Source: a virus (lineage: Duplodnaviria; Caudoviricetes). From it: a DNA stretch of 61,217 nt. Location: the IMG/VR virus record IMGVR_UViG_3300036835_000105, positions 1 through 61,217 of that record; one strand, written 5' to 3'. The position numbers and the translations under genes are program-made. The notes under the pieces are model-generated. The model did not search any database, was not told where the DNA came from, and saw only the letters and a list, made by a program, of their open reading frames with translations. Below, in pieces: positions 9,485 to 19,494 of the stretch. The stretch's first letter is position 1; every line of letters begins with the position of its first letter.

Positions 9485-10378
9485 TTAGGCCGCTTCCGGG
9501 AACGTAAACACGCCATCCTGGTAGGTAAACCCAAGCGTCTCGGCCTGGGCGGCCAGCCACTTGTCATCACGCAGGAATGCCTGGATGGGCTTGTCCAACT
9601 TCTTGTCCCTGGAGTCGTCTTTAATGAGGCGGCTAAACCCCATAGCGAAGAGCTTGCTGCGATCCCTCGTTTTGCCCCTGAGGTCGTTGCTGAGTTCGGC
9701 TATGATGGTAGCGGCAATCGCTTCCGCTTCGTCGTTCGATTCCGCCGCTTTAGCGCCCTTCACAGAACCGTTGGGCTTGGCCTCGGCCTTGCCCGCTGGC
9801 TTCTTCACTGGTTTCGCTTCGTATGGTTTGACTGTAAGCTTGTCAACAATGAGATAGGACGGTTCAACGTCCCTTCCATCGATGGTTCGCTTCTCGCCTT
9901 TTTGCTGCATCGCGTGTCCGCAAGTACCTACCAAATCAGGCAGATAGCCCTGGCCCAGCAGTTCGGCCTTGAAGCCTCGCTGTTCCAGGCTTTTGGCGAA
10001 GACCATCCAGGCTGAGTTGATGTTGATCTTCGCACCGGCCTCGGTAAAAATGCAATTGCCGGTCGTTTCCAATTCATCACCCATGTCCACAGGGTCGTCA
10101 TCGTCGCGGCTCTCGGCATGGCCTGGACGCATTTTGGTAGTGTCCTTCTCAATCCGCAAGACCCTATCCTGCGGCTCTTCGTCAAGGTCAACGCCTTGCT
10201 CATCGGTACGTTGAAACGTAAGTACGGCCCCGAGGAAGGGGGGGTATTGCGTACCAGTCTCCTTAGAGGGCGGGTACTGATAGATTTGGGTGACAGCTTT
10301 GAGGATGCGGAACCACCCTTCCTGAAAGCCCAGGGAGGGGGTGTACGCATCTTGTGTAGAGTAGCCCACTTTGGCCAT
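9485..10378 (-). CDS. Putative single-stranded DNA-binding protein
   Basis: Position beside Sak4-like ATPase and exonuclease; beta-rich N-domain, K/A/P linker. Confidence 0.5.
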   Translation of the reverse strand: MAKVGYSTQDAYTPSLGFQEGWFRILKAVTQIYQYPPSKETGTQYPPFLGAVLTFQRTDEQGVDLDEEPQDRVLRIEKDTTKMRPGHAESRDDDDPVDMGDELETTGNCIFTEAGAKININSAWMVFAKSLEQRGFKAELLGQGYLPDLVGTCGHAMQQKGEKRTIDGRDVEPSYLIVDKLTVKPYEAKPVKKPAGKAEAKPNGSVKGAKAAESNDEAEAIAATIIAELSNDLRGKTRDRSKLFAMGFSRLIKDDSRDKKLDKPIQAFLRDDKWLAAQAETLGFTYQDGVFTFPEAA

Positions 10379-10488
10379 ATGTTCGCAGATCTCCTAGTCA
10401 TTCTTCCGTAATGCCGTTGGCTCATTGTCACCTCGATTTGGAAATTATGCATGACCATGTCCTAAAATACAAGCCCCACCCGTAAGTT

Positions 10489-12084
10489 TTACATCGTTAG
10501 CTTTTCCGGCCTCTTGGGTAGTGCCAATATACTATGGATTTTCAGCTTGCATCCAAAACGCCGCGCTTTCGAGAGCAACAACGGCAGCGTCTTATCCAGC
10601 ACGAAGGTCTCGCACCGATCATCCGGCGCTCTCCTGCTGCGCCCGATCATCTGTTCGAGGTCCAATAACGCGCAATAACTCCTGTAGTCCGAGTCGTTTA
10701 CCCGCTCCCTCATGACGCGAGACTCCGCGAAAGGATAAGGAGTTTTGGGGACGATCTGGTATTCACAACTGTCGTAGGCGAAGTCCCAGCCCGTCCCGAA
10801 GGAGGGGCTGACCAATACAGCCGGTGGTCGGGCTTGCCGGAAGCGTTCAGCCACCCGGTACGAATCATTGGCCGTATCGTTCCAAAACATGATTCGCGTA
10901 TGGCGGCTGAATTCCATAAGTTTCCGCATTCTGCCGTAACTTACGGTGTGTATTATGCCCTTTCTGTCGGATCGGGCATCGATTATCTCGTCAATTCTAT
11001 TTACTAACGTCCTATAATTATCATCTGTTGACTTGTAATTCAGTTTCACCGTGGGCAAATAATAGACCGGCGCTCTCTGCGGCGGCCAGCCGTTACTGAA
11101 GGTCTGGAACTCGAACTCGCCCTTATCCAGCCCGAGTAACTTCATGGTGTACGGATACAGCGTGGCGCTCATCAACAGCACCTTACTCACACCGCTCCAC
11201 AAATAGCCCGCGTAATTACCCGGCCAGATACAATCGAACGCTACGCCATCCTCACTTGCTTCCCAGGTCCAGCCGTTGTCCATTACGGCGATCCGGTCTA
11301 ACTTCCTCTTTAAGGCTTCCAGCTCCTCCAACCGGCTTCTCTCGATGTAACTCAGCGTATCCCTCGGGTACATCAGCAACGCTTCCAGTTCGGGCCGTAT
11401 CTCCTCGCACCGATCCTCGGCCCATCGCTTCCACATCTGGCCGGACTCCTCGTCCATCAACCCGTCGCCCTCGACCTTGCCCATCGCCTCATACTCGCCA
11501 TTAGATAGCCGGATAGCCAGAAACCCACTCAGCTCTTCCATCGCGTTATGCGCCTCATCGCATATCAGTAACTCAACCGGCTCCGGGCATTCTCCTGTAA
11601 CCTCCAATGCTTTCTTGTTGTTAGCCCTAGCGTGCAGCCAGTACGCATAATTGGTACTTACTAACTGGGCCTTCTTAGCCTCTTCATATGCCGCACCATA
11701 CGGGCACCCTAGTGTATTCAGGAACTTACAACCTTGCCTTGCCCCTTCCTCGCAACTTACCGGATCGCCCCGTTTGGTGGTGTAGACTCTACACGGATAG
11801 TTGGCTCGTCCACGAATATCGGTCATGCCAATCGAGCCAAACTCGGCCATCATCTGTTCCTGGAGGGCCTTAGTGGAAGTAAGATAGACCGCTTTCGCGT
11901 CCTGGACCTTAGCGACACTGACCCCTAACAGGCCCTTGCCGGTTCCGGTCGGCAGGTTCCCTCCGGTCCAGCGGCTGGACGACGCCAGGATGAAGTCCAG
12001 GGCCTCGGCCTGGGTCTCCCGGAAGCGTATAAATTTAGAGGGCAGCCCCAGATCGGCTGGGGCTATGTCCAGCAATAAAGACAT
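10489..12084 (-). CDS. DinG/XPD-like SF2 helicase
   Basis: Q motif FRETQ, PTGTGKG, RGRANYPC, Cys cluster, DEAH, MSAT, GWDF, QMIGRSRR. Confidence 0.9.
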   Translation of the reverse strand: MSLLLDIAPADLGLPSKFIRFRETQAEALDFILASSSRWTGGNLPTGTGKGLLGVSVAKVQDAKAVYLTSTKALQEQMMAEFGSIGMTDIRGRANYPCRVYTTKRGDPVSCEEGARQGCKFLNTLGCPYGAAYEEAKKAQLVSTNYAYWLHARANNKKALEVTGECPEPVELLICDEAHNAMEELSGFLAIRLSNGEYEAMGKVEGDGLMDEESGQMWKRWAEDRCEEIRPELEALLMYPRDTLSYIERSRLEELEALKRKLDRIAVMDNGWTWEASEDGVAFDCIWPGNYAGYLWSGVSKVLLMSATLYPYTMKLLGLDKGEFEFQTFSNGWPPQRAPVYYLPTVKLNYKSTDDNYRTLVNRIDEIIDARSDRKGIIHTVSYGRMRKLMEFSRHTRIMFWNDTANDSYRVAERFRQARPPAVLVSPSFGTGWDFAYDSCEYQIVPKTPYPFAESRVMRERVNDSDYRSYCALLDLEQMIGRSRRAPDDRCETFVLDKTLPLLLSKARRFGCKLKIHSILALPKRPEKLTM

Positions 12085-12163
12085 AGTGGTTCAGCAGCAA
12101 ACGCAGCAATGCTACTGTAACCACGGATAGATTTGGTTGTAAAGAGGTTGAGAAAAAAACCCG

Positions 12164-12376
12164 TCAGCCGTTCTTTTCGGCGTCTTTACGCAGAAATTCG
12201 TTGACTTCTTCGACTTCCTGGTCGGTCAGATGGCGGCTTCGGGCGGCCTCTTGCCTCAGGCGCTTGATTTGGAATTCGATCTCCTGGGGGCTTAGCCCTT
12301 CGCCTTCGAGTAAAGCGCGAGTCTTATCCTCGCTCTCTTCCTCTTCCATAATCCAGCGGTATAAGTCTTCAGCCAT
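12164..12376 (-). CDS. Small acidic protein, possible immunity partner of upstream effector
   Basis: 70 aa, Glu-rich, starts 4 nt after the effector stop. Confidence 0.6.
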   Translation of the reverse strand: MAEDLYRWIMEEEESEDKTRALLEGEGLSPQEIEFQIKRLRQEAARSRHLTDQEVEEVNEFLRKDAEKNG

Positions 12377-12380
12377 ATTG

Positions 12381-15300
12381 CTATTTTACGATATCTACGG
12401 TTACTACCTTTATGTCATATCCGCTGCTTGTAGTTATCTTGTCTATAGACTTGACCTTGAACTTCAATCCTCTTGGCAGTAAGTACTCGCCCTCGCTGGA
12501 GTGAGTCTTGCTGCCGCTTACGCCCATCGGGAACCCGGCCTGTCCGGCCTTGGCGTCAATCTTCATTACGACGCCGCCCGACCCGAAGCTGTTACTAACA
12601 TGCAGGCTGGCGCTTGCGGAGTTATAGCCCTGTCCGGGTATGGTCTCTCCCACCTTGGCGGCCTTGATCTTTTGGGCATATACCCCCGGCTTAATGCCGC
12701 GATAGAGAGTCATGTCCTCTTTGAGCCGGAACTTATTGATGGCGGCGTCCATCTGCTTAACGTGTGCCTGTTGTACGGGTGTCAAGGTCTTAGGTGGATC
12801 GGTATAGTGCGCTGTATTTATTGTCTTATAGTGTAGCGAAGGGTCGGAAGGAACCTCTGTTTGATAGTTGAACATGGCCTTCGCTTCGTCGTTACTAAGC
12901 TGTCCTACCTGCTGTAACTTAAGCTTGCCTACCTGTATATGCTGTACGGCTGCAATCCCGGCTTGCTCCTGAGCTGTGGTGTAAGCCTTAGTGGCCGATT
13001 TATAAGCCGTAGTAGCCTGTTTCTTGAACTGCGGCGTACCAACCGGTGCCGTTGCCGCCTGGATGGCCTGTTGCGCGACAAATGTCGGTGTCGGCTGGGG
13101 CGTAAACCCGGTACCGGCTGGCGGCGGCGCTGGACTTACACTCTGCATACCCGGCACGTCGCCCCAGTACTTGCTAAAGTCGCTGAGTAAGTTCTGCTTT
13201 CTCTTGATCAGCGCATCGTAGAACTTCTGCTTATCGACCGGGTTAGTGAACCTTCCTTCAGCATACGGTCTTACCGCCGCGATTAACTCGCTGTCCGGTA
13301 TGTTCATCGCCTTCTGGATCGCCGCTAAGGTCACATTCGGATCTAGCGTGATCTGGCCGTTCTTGGCCGCCTTATGCAGGTAGTGGTAAATGGGGTTGTC
13401 TTCGCCATAGGCGGCGTTCGGGTGGTAAGTCGGATCAGGAATATCCTTTGGGAAGTGCTTGAACGCCTGACCCTTATCTATGGCGATTAACTTACCATCG
13501 GTCCCCTTCAGGAACTGCCTAGCATGGGAGTCATGGTTGGATATCATCCAATCCACCACTTGCTCCTGCTGTAACTGCTCCAACTGCTGCTTGGTCAACT
13601 GAGTAACATCGTTGCTAATCTCGCCGGTATTCGGCAGCATCTTCTGCACCGTCCCGGTCTTCAGCCCTAATTTCTGTGATCTAACCTCAACTGCGTTCGG
13701 GTTGATCTTACGCCCAATCTTGTAAGCTGCCTCTTCGGCGTCACTCGCCCAAGCCGACCATCCTGTAGGCGTCGGCTTGAACAGCCACTTATTGCCGTTG
13801 GCGTCCTGGTAGAACAGCTTGCCGCCATGCATCCCGCCGACATTCGCTTCGCCCAGCTTCTCGAATCCCTGGCTCTTCAGATCCTCCCATGCCTTATCCG
13901 CCGGATGCACCGTAGGCGGCGTGGGCTTGGGCAACCCGGCCTGACCCAACGTAATCGTTCCCTTGGGTTGTGTCTTCGGCTTGGCGATACTTTGCTCGAA
14001 CGCCTTGAGATTCTGTTCCTCCTCTAGAGCTTTTGCGGCCTTGGCTTCCAGTGTCTGCTGCGCGACGTACTTCTTAGCTAAGCCAGCCTGCTTTAACCAG
14101 TAGCCTTTCTGTGCCGCGTCTTTGCTGGCGTTCGCTAATGCCTGGGCCGCCGCGACCGACGCCGCATTCCCCTCGCCACGTACTAATAGCTTGGCAACCC
14201 GGTCGTAAATGACGGGCGATAGCGTCCTCCAGCGGGTGCTGGTAATCGCATTGCTCAATACCGCCCCGCCGATTCCGCCCACTAGCGTCGATAGGACTTG
14301 GGCTTCAATCGGCAACCCGGCTTTTTTGGACCCCTCCCAACCAGCCGTGCCGCCCATTGCCGCGCCGCCTAGTAACTTGCCAGCCTTGGCAAGAGCGCTG
14401 GTAGTACTGGTATCGACAATCGGCTGGCCGGTGGTGGCAATCCTCTTGGCATCCAAGGCTTCGCGAAAGGTCTCCCAGAAGCGGTACTCGTGGTTCAGCT
14501 CTTGTAGCGTCGGACTGTTGCTATTGAGAATTCCTCGCAGCCGGTTCTCGACTACGTGGGTCAGTTCGCGCTCATAGGCTAATCCTGGGGCCTCGGAGGT
14601 TGGCACCGATATTCCGGTAGGCGTTTTGGTGTAGCTCTTAGCCCGCTTCATGAAGAGGTCGCGCATCTCCCTGAGCTTGCTTGGGGGAGCCTCGGCCATC
14701 TCAGGCCCCAGCTTCTCAGTGAGTTCCTCCATAATCCGCAGACCGATCTTGAATACCGCCTCGTCCTTGACCGTTCCATCTATGCTGAATACGCCGTTAT
14801 GTCCCATCCAGGCCCAGATATCATCGAACAGCGGCTTGAGCTTGAAGCGCGAGTTTTCATCCAGCTTGGCGTAAGCCTTATCTAGCTGTTCGCTGATTTC
14901 ATCCGACGTTCTTGTGGCCCTGGCCAGCGCTTGCTCTTCGCTACCATAGTGCAGTCCACGCGCAATCGCGTCCGTTTCCATGTTCGCTGCGCTTGGATTC
15001 CACGGCTGGCCAGCTATCAGCACATCGCCAAATTTCTTCTTTGGCTTGGGACCGCTGCCGCGTAGCCAGTCCGCATACCTCTGCCGTCCCTTCCTAAGCA
15101 ATCGAGCAGCCACCGGGTAGCGCGTAGCCTCTAGCGTTCCACCCAACCCGGCACCGATTGAGGCGGTCACCAGCGCAACATACGGATCGCCTGTTACCAA
15201 GCCGCCGGTCAGGCCGCCCTTGATGCCTTGCTTAGTCGCCGCCCTCGCGACATTTCGCGCCAGTGCCTTTTTACTAACCTTTGGCAGGAAATCTTCATCC

Positions 15301-15797
15301 AACTTGATGACCTTTTCCGGCTCGAATACCTTCGCGGCACGCGCCAGCCCCGGTATCTTACTAACTGCGCCCACGCCCACATCCACAACCTTGCCGCCTG
15401 TATCCCATAACAGCAAGGTGCCGCCAGTCTCTCCAATTGGGCTTTGTTCAATTGCTGGCTCTGCCGCTCTCGCATACTCGTGCCCAGCTTCTCCAACGCT
15501 TCCCGGCAGAAGCCCGACTACATTGCCAAAAGCTTGCTGAAAAACTCCACTAGCTGCCTCGACGGGTCTGACAACCGGCTTGGCCCATTCCGGCATCCAC
15601 GGCTCCTCGGCCAACGGCGGCAGTGGCATTACATGCTTGTACTCGCTTTTCGACTTGCCTTTCTCCTTAGCATCGAATTCATCAAATAGATCGCTGGCCC
15701 CACCTGTAAAAGCAGGTTGAGCTGGTTGCGTCTGCTTCTGCGTCTTTCCCCGCTTCTGCTTCTCTTTCTGGTCGAATTCTGTAAAGAGATCCTGCAT
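12381..15797 (-). CDS. Putative ejected virion protein with PI3/4K-HipA-like kinase and C-terminal VIP2-like ADP-ribosyltransferase
   Basis: Kinase: KWLFKP, EEAAY, NHDSHARQ, IAIDKG. ART: LYRG, NSAS, SEGE-YLLPRG. Last gene of internal-virion cluster. Confidence 0.8.
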   Translation of the reverse strand: MQDLFTEFDQKEKQKRGKTQKQTQPAQPAFTGGASDLFDEFDAKEKGKSKSEYKHVMPLPPLAEEPWMPEWAKPVVRPVEAASGVFQQAFGNVVGLLPGSVGEAGHEYARAAEPAIEQSPIGETGGTLLLWDTGGKVVDVGVGAVSKIPGLARAAKVFEPEKVIKLDEDFLPKVSKKALARNVARAATKQGIKGGLTGGLVTGDPYVALVTASIGAGLGGTLEATRYPVAARLLRKGRQRYADWLRGSGPKPKKKFGDVLIAGQPWNPSAANMETDAIARGLHYGSEEQALARATRTSDEISEQLDKAYAKLDENSRFKLKPLFDDIWAWMGHNGVFSIDGTVKDEAVFKIGLRIMEELTEKLGPEMAEAPPSKLREMRDLFMKRAKSYTKTPTGISVPTSEAPGLAYERELTHVVENRLRGILNSNSPTLQELNHEYRFWETFREALDAKRIATTGQPIVDTSTTSALAKAGKLLGGAAMGGTAGWEGSKKAGLPIEAQVLSTLVGGIGGAVLSNAITSTRWRTLSPVIYDRVAKLLVRGEGNAASVAAAQALANASKDAAQKGYWLKQAGLAKKYVAQQTLEAKAAKALEEEQNLKAFEQSIAKPKTQPKGTITLGQAGLPKPTPPTVHPADKAWEDLKSQGFEKLGEANVGGMHGGKLFYQDANGNKWLFKPTPTGWSAWASDAEEAAYKIGRKINPNAVEVRSQKLGLKTGTVQKMLPNTGEISNDVTQLTKQQLEQLQQEQVVDWMISNHDSHARQFLKGTDGKLIAIDKGQAFKHFPKDIPDPTYHPNAAYGEDNPIYHYLHKAAKNGQITLDPNVTLAAIQKAMNIPDSELIAAVRPYAEGRFTNPVDKQKFYDALIKRKQNLLSDFSKYWGDVPGMQSVSPAPPPAGTGFTPQPTPTFVAQQAIQAATAPVGTPQFKKQATTAYKSATKAYTTAQEQAGIAAVQHIQVGKLKLQQVGQLSNDEAKAMFNYQTEVPSDPSLHYKTINTAHYTDPPKTLTPVQQAHVKQMDAAINKFRLKEDMTLYRGIKPGVYAQKIKAAKVGETIPGQGYNSASASLHVSNSFGSGGVVMKIDAKAGQAGFPMGVSGSKTHSSEGEYLLPRGLKFKVKSIDKITTSSGYDIKVVTVDIVK

Positions 15798-18023
15798 TTA
15801 CCTAGTAACCCGAAAGCCCGCCGACTGCGCTGCGGTGCGTGCCCTATCTACATCTCTTCCAAAAGCGTAGTAATACTGCTTGAGCTGATCCTGGCTGATT
15901 AGCGCTCCCTTCTTACTCGGCAGCGGCAGATGATTCTGCTGTTCAATCGCGGTATCCGGCAGCGGGTTCTTCGACAGCTCTGTGATCTTCGGCACCGCAG
16001 CGGCAGGATCGAACTGCCCCCACGGCACGCCTACCGCATTCATCGTCGTATTCTGCACATTGGTAATCGCGTCAATATCGATCTGTGCTCCTACACTGGT
16101 CGATTTCAGCAACGCATCAATCTGTCCTACTCTTGAGGCCGGGTCCGCGACCTTATGCACCAGCTCCTCTGCCGCCACCGGAGTATGCCCTTTACTCTGA
16201 GCGCCGCCCGAGATCAACTGCCCATACGCCCTCATGAACTCCAGCGCAAAACCCTGCAATTCCTTATAGGCAGGAGTACCTTTGTAGTGGATGTCGAAGT
16301 AACTCTTGACCTCCAGCCAACGCGGCGAACCATCCTTCAGTTCGCCCCTCACCCGCTCCCACTCCCGGCCCAGCTTATCCAACGCTCCAGCGACCGCCGC
16401 CAGTGCATCGGCACGTCCCTGCAACGGGGCAAGTTGAGCCAACGCGGCCTGCCGCCCTCTACCCTCAGCCTTCAGACCTTCCTGGCTCTTATTAGTACCG
16501 AGTACGAGCTTGCCCATTCCGGCGTTGATGGGGCCAGCCATACGGCCCTGCGGCGGCGTTTGATTGCTCATCAGCCAATTGCTAGTGGCCATGATGTCTT
16601 GATCAGTCCAGGGATAGGTATATGTATAGCCACCCGGCCCCTGTACCGGGTTGTCTCGCGACGGCACCCCAGACCGCGCTGGCTGCCCCTGCTGCCCTTG
16701 CTGCCCTTGCTGCCCCTGCACTTGCCGTACTTGCCGTACCCGCTGTCCAATCGGTTGTGTAGAGTCTACACGGGGAGCCGGTGCCGCTGTTGCGGTCGGC
16801 GTTGTCGGCGCTGCCGCTCTAGGTGCTGCCGCCGTTGGAGCCGTTCTGGGCTGGGGCGTGGGCGCTTGCGTTGTGGTCGGCGCTGTGGGGGCTACCGGCG
16901 CTGTAGTGGGTGTTGGATAGGGGGTCGGCTGCGGTGTACGCGGTTGAGCCTGTCCTGGAATCTGCGGCGGCGTCTGATTGAATAGCGGCGGCGGCATGAA
17001 GCCGCCCTTTCCACCCCCTACATTGAAGGCGCGTTCGTTAATCCCGATTTGCTGAGCCTTCGTTTGTATGGCAAGGTCGCTGTTGATGATATTGTTGAAC
17101 TGGCCGGAAGCGTCCGCTTGGGCGGCCCAGTAGTCCTGCTGCTCCTGGGTCCAATCCGGGTGCAGCGATTTAGCGATCCATTGCCACTCCAGCTTCCGGT
17201 AAGAGTCGCGGGTGACTCCGCTCTGCTTCCTGGTATTGGCAATCGTATCCTTGGGGATGGTCCGCTCATAGGCATCCCGGAAAACAGTGCGACCATACTC
17301 ATCGTGGCCAAGACTGCCTTGCAACCAGTCGTTGCTGCCCTTCAACTGGTACTCAATGGCATCGTCCTTCAGCAACGACACAGGCGTCCTGACTGGCGCA
17401 TGTTTAGTGATGATCGCGCTCAACTGGTCTCTGAATTCAGGGCTGTCCTCCCCGCCGAATAAGTGCGCGTACTTATGAAGCTGCGCGATATCATACTCCA
17501 TCTTCTTTTCATCGAATTCGTTCTGCGCCCCATACTGTGCCCGATACTGCGCCAGCACTTCAGCCGCTTTCTGCTTAGCGTCTATGTCAGCCTGTTGATC
17601 CGGCGTTCTATAGTTCGCCAAGATCCCCGATCCCGGCACCTTACCAGGAACTGCCGCTTGCCCCAGATCGGTGATATCCGGTCTCAATTGATACTGGTTC
17701 TGCCCACTCAACGCGCTGCCCATGATGTGCAGCGGTGCAAGCAAATGCCCCAGCGTCTTGTGATGCTCTTCCCAGGGACTTTTCTTTGAGCCTCTTTTCT
17801 CGAACCCCCCGCCGCTACCCAACTCAGCCATGCGGTTCAGAATATGGGTAATAGCCATCGGGTCGCTAGCCACCCCAGGATTCTGGGCGGCGAGGCCCAG
17901 TATCTTCATCTCGGTGTCTCGCTGCGACTCCCAGGTCTGCCGGTTCCTCTCCTGCGCCTTTTGCAGGTTGTCACCGAAGCCACTCAGGAACCCGCCCAGA
18001 AATGATACGCCGCCGCTGCCCAT
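15798..18023 (-). CDS. Internal virion / DNA ejection protein
   Basis: G-rich N-terminus, coiled coils, P/T/A/Q linker, position after tail genes. Confidence 0.65.
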   Translation of the reverse strand: MGSGGVSFLGGFLSGFGDNLQKAQERNRQTWESQRDTEMKILGLAAQNPGVASDPMAITHILNRMAELGSGGGFEKRGSKKSPWEEHHKTLGHLLAPLHIMGSALSGQNQYQLRPDITDLGQAAVPGKVPGSGILANYRTPDQQADIDAKQKAAEVLAQYRAQYGAQNEFDEKKMEYDIAQLHKYAHLFGGEDSPEFRDQLSAIITKHAPVRTPVSLLKDDAIEYQLKGSNDWLQGSLGHDEYGRTVFRDAYERTIPKDTIANTRKQSGVTRDSYRKLEWQWIAKSLHPDWTQEQQDYWAAQADASGQFNNIINSDLAIQTKAQQIGINERAFNVGGGKGGFMPPPLFNQTPPQIPGQAQPRTPQPTPYPTPTTAPVAPTAPTTTQAPTPQPRTAPTAAAPRAAAPTTPTATAAPAPRVDSTQPIGQRVRQVRQVQGQQGQQGQQGQPARSGVPSRDNPVQGPGGYTYTYPWTDQDIMATSNWLMSNQTPPQGRMAGPINAGMGKLVLGTNKSQEGLKAEGRGRQAALAQLAPLQGRADALAAVAGALDKLGREWERVRGELKDGSPRWLEVKSYFDIHYKGTPAYKELQGFALEFMRAYGQLISGGAQSKGHTPVAAEELVHKVADPASRVGQIDALLKSTSVGAQIDIDAITNVQNTTMNAVGVPWGQFDPAAAVPKITELSKNPLPDTAIEQQNHLPLPSKKGALISQDQLKQYYYAFGRDVDRARTAAQSAGFRVTR

Positions 18024-18035
18024 TTGAGTTCTCCT

Positions 18036-18854
18036 TTAGCCGGTGTATGGTTGAGGCGTCGGTAACTGGCCAACACCGCTTGTGAGGTAGTCATACGCTG
18101 ACGCTGTCGGTAGCTGGCCGAACTGGCCCACGTCGGCGGGCAAGCCAACCCCAGGAATTACACCACTCATACTCAGGTCAGGTGCCTTTGGCATACCTCC
18201 TCCAGTCGGCATGCCGCCCGTCAATCCAGCTGAGGCTATGCTGCCCGCCGCTTGCGCCAATTGCCCGATCATCTGATCCCTGGCCATCGTTTCCATCACG
18301 TTCTGCTGCCGCTGCGTAAGCGCTCCAGTCTGCGATAGCTGTTCCTGGTTCAAGCCGAGATTCGATATATCCAGCCCCAACCCAGCCAACTGATTCGCCA
18401 GCGTGCCCAACTGCCCCGTCGCCCCCTGTCTCGCTTGCGCCGCCAGATCACCGATCTGCTTCGTCTCCTGATAGGGCGCTTCCGCCAGCACCCCGGCCTT
18501 GCCGCCGCCCCGTGGTGCTTGGCTGATCATCTGCCGCGCCGCCGAGAAGCTGTCCTTGATGCGGTTGATCTCGGGCTGCATACTCTGCGTAACGTCGCCC
18601 TGGTCGCCCCTGGTCAGCGCCGTCAGATAGTTCAGCACCGGGGCCATCGCCCCCAGCCCCTGCGCGGTAGTAGCCCCGCCTGTCTGTAGGTTCTGCTGTC
18701 CCTGCGCCACCCCCAGGTTCTGCATGGAGTGCAGAAAGTTGGACATGGGGTCGTTGCTGGTAATGGGCTGCGGCTTGAACCCATAGACATTGGTCTTGCT
18801 GCCATCCATCCCGCCCTTGTTGCCCGCGAAAATGTCTGCTTGATTGACCGGCAT
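18036..18854 (-). CDS. DNA pilot/ejection protein
   Basis: G/Q/A-rich amphipathic composition typical of podovirus pilot proteins. Confidence 0.6.
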   Translation of the reverse strand: MPVNQADIFAGNKGGMDGSKTNVYGFKPQPITSNDPMSNFLHSMQNLGVAQGQQNLQTGGATTAQGLGAMAPVLNYLTALTRGDQGDVTQSMQPEINRIKDSFSAARQMISQAPRGGGKAGVLAEAPYQETKQIGDLAAQARQGATGQLGTLANQLAGLGLDISNLGLNQEQLSQTGALTQRQQNVMETMARDQMIGQLAQAAGSIASAGLTGGMPTGGGMPKAPDLSMSGVIPGVGLPADVGQFGQLPTASAYDYLTSGVGQLPTPQPYTG

Positions 18855-18869
18855 GTAGACTCTACACCT

Positions 18870-19202
18870 CTACGGAAAGATCTCTATGTGTAAGGTAGCC
18901 GACGCCGCCGAGAAGACATACATCCTCCCGATAGGCACCGGATTGGCGGGGCCGAGACCGCCGCTGAGTACGCGGATGCCCGAAGCGGCCAAGCTGAAGC
19001 CCCACTTGCTCGCGCTGGTTGTGGCGTCCTGGCCGAAGAACACCGGCCCCGCATTGGTCGAGTCCGCCGTGATGCTTGCGTAGCTGCAAGCCCAAGCTGC
19101 GTTCTTGTCGATCTGGGCTGCGATCAGCGGCCCCAATTCGGAGACCGCGCCGCTCCAGGTGAGCTGTCCTGATGTGTAACCGGAGGGTGTTTCTGCTGCC
19201 AT
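18870..19202 (-). CDS. Virion-associated beta-rich protein
   Basis: 110-aa ORF in structural operon. Confidence 0.65.
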   Translation of the reverse strand: MAAETPSGYTSGQLTWSGAVSELGPLIAAQIDKNAAWACSYASITADSTNAGPVFFGQDATTSASKWGFSLAASGIRVLSGGLGPANPVPIGRMYVFSAASATLHIEIFP

Positions 19203-19223
19203 AGTTCGTACCTGTTCTTTCTA

Positions 19224-19478
19224 TTAGACTCCTGTTAACGCCTGTTCGACCAGTTCGCTGCAATCTTCCGACAGCCCGACCTGACCCTGAATGCCGCGCT
19301 CCCAGACGATCATCTGCAAGGCCGCCCGCATCTGCTGCTGGATCTCGTTCATGGCCCTGGCCATCTGCTGGAAATATTCCCGCTGTTTGGGATTCAAGTG
19401 ATAGCGCATCGGCTCCCATTCTCTGGGAAGCGGTGGCTGCGCCGCGCTGCCGTTAACGGGTTGCTCTAGATGTTCCAT
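19224..19478 (-). CDS. Hypothetical protein (possible fibre chaperone)
   Basis: AGGAGG SD, coiled-coil, follows fibre genes. Confidence 0.65.
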   Translation of the reverse strand: MEHLEQPVNGSAAQPPLPREWEPMRYHLNPKQREYFQQMARAMNEIQQQMRAALQMIVWERGIQGQVGLSEDCSELVEQALTGV

Positions 19479-19494
19479 TTGATCTATCCTCCTG

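Noticed and set aside
8729-12084. Type IV CRISPR-like module (Cas4-like nuclease plus DinG)
   Set aside because: No array or Cas5/6/7 genes; context is a standard phage recombination/replication module
16155-16985. Long opposite-strand ORFs (also 24527-25324, 41093-41860, 57608-58450)
   Set aside because: Shadow ORFs antisense to well-supported genes in GC-rich DNA
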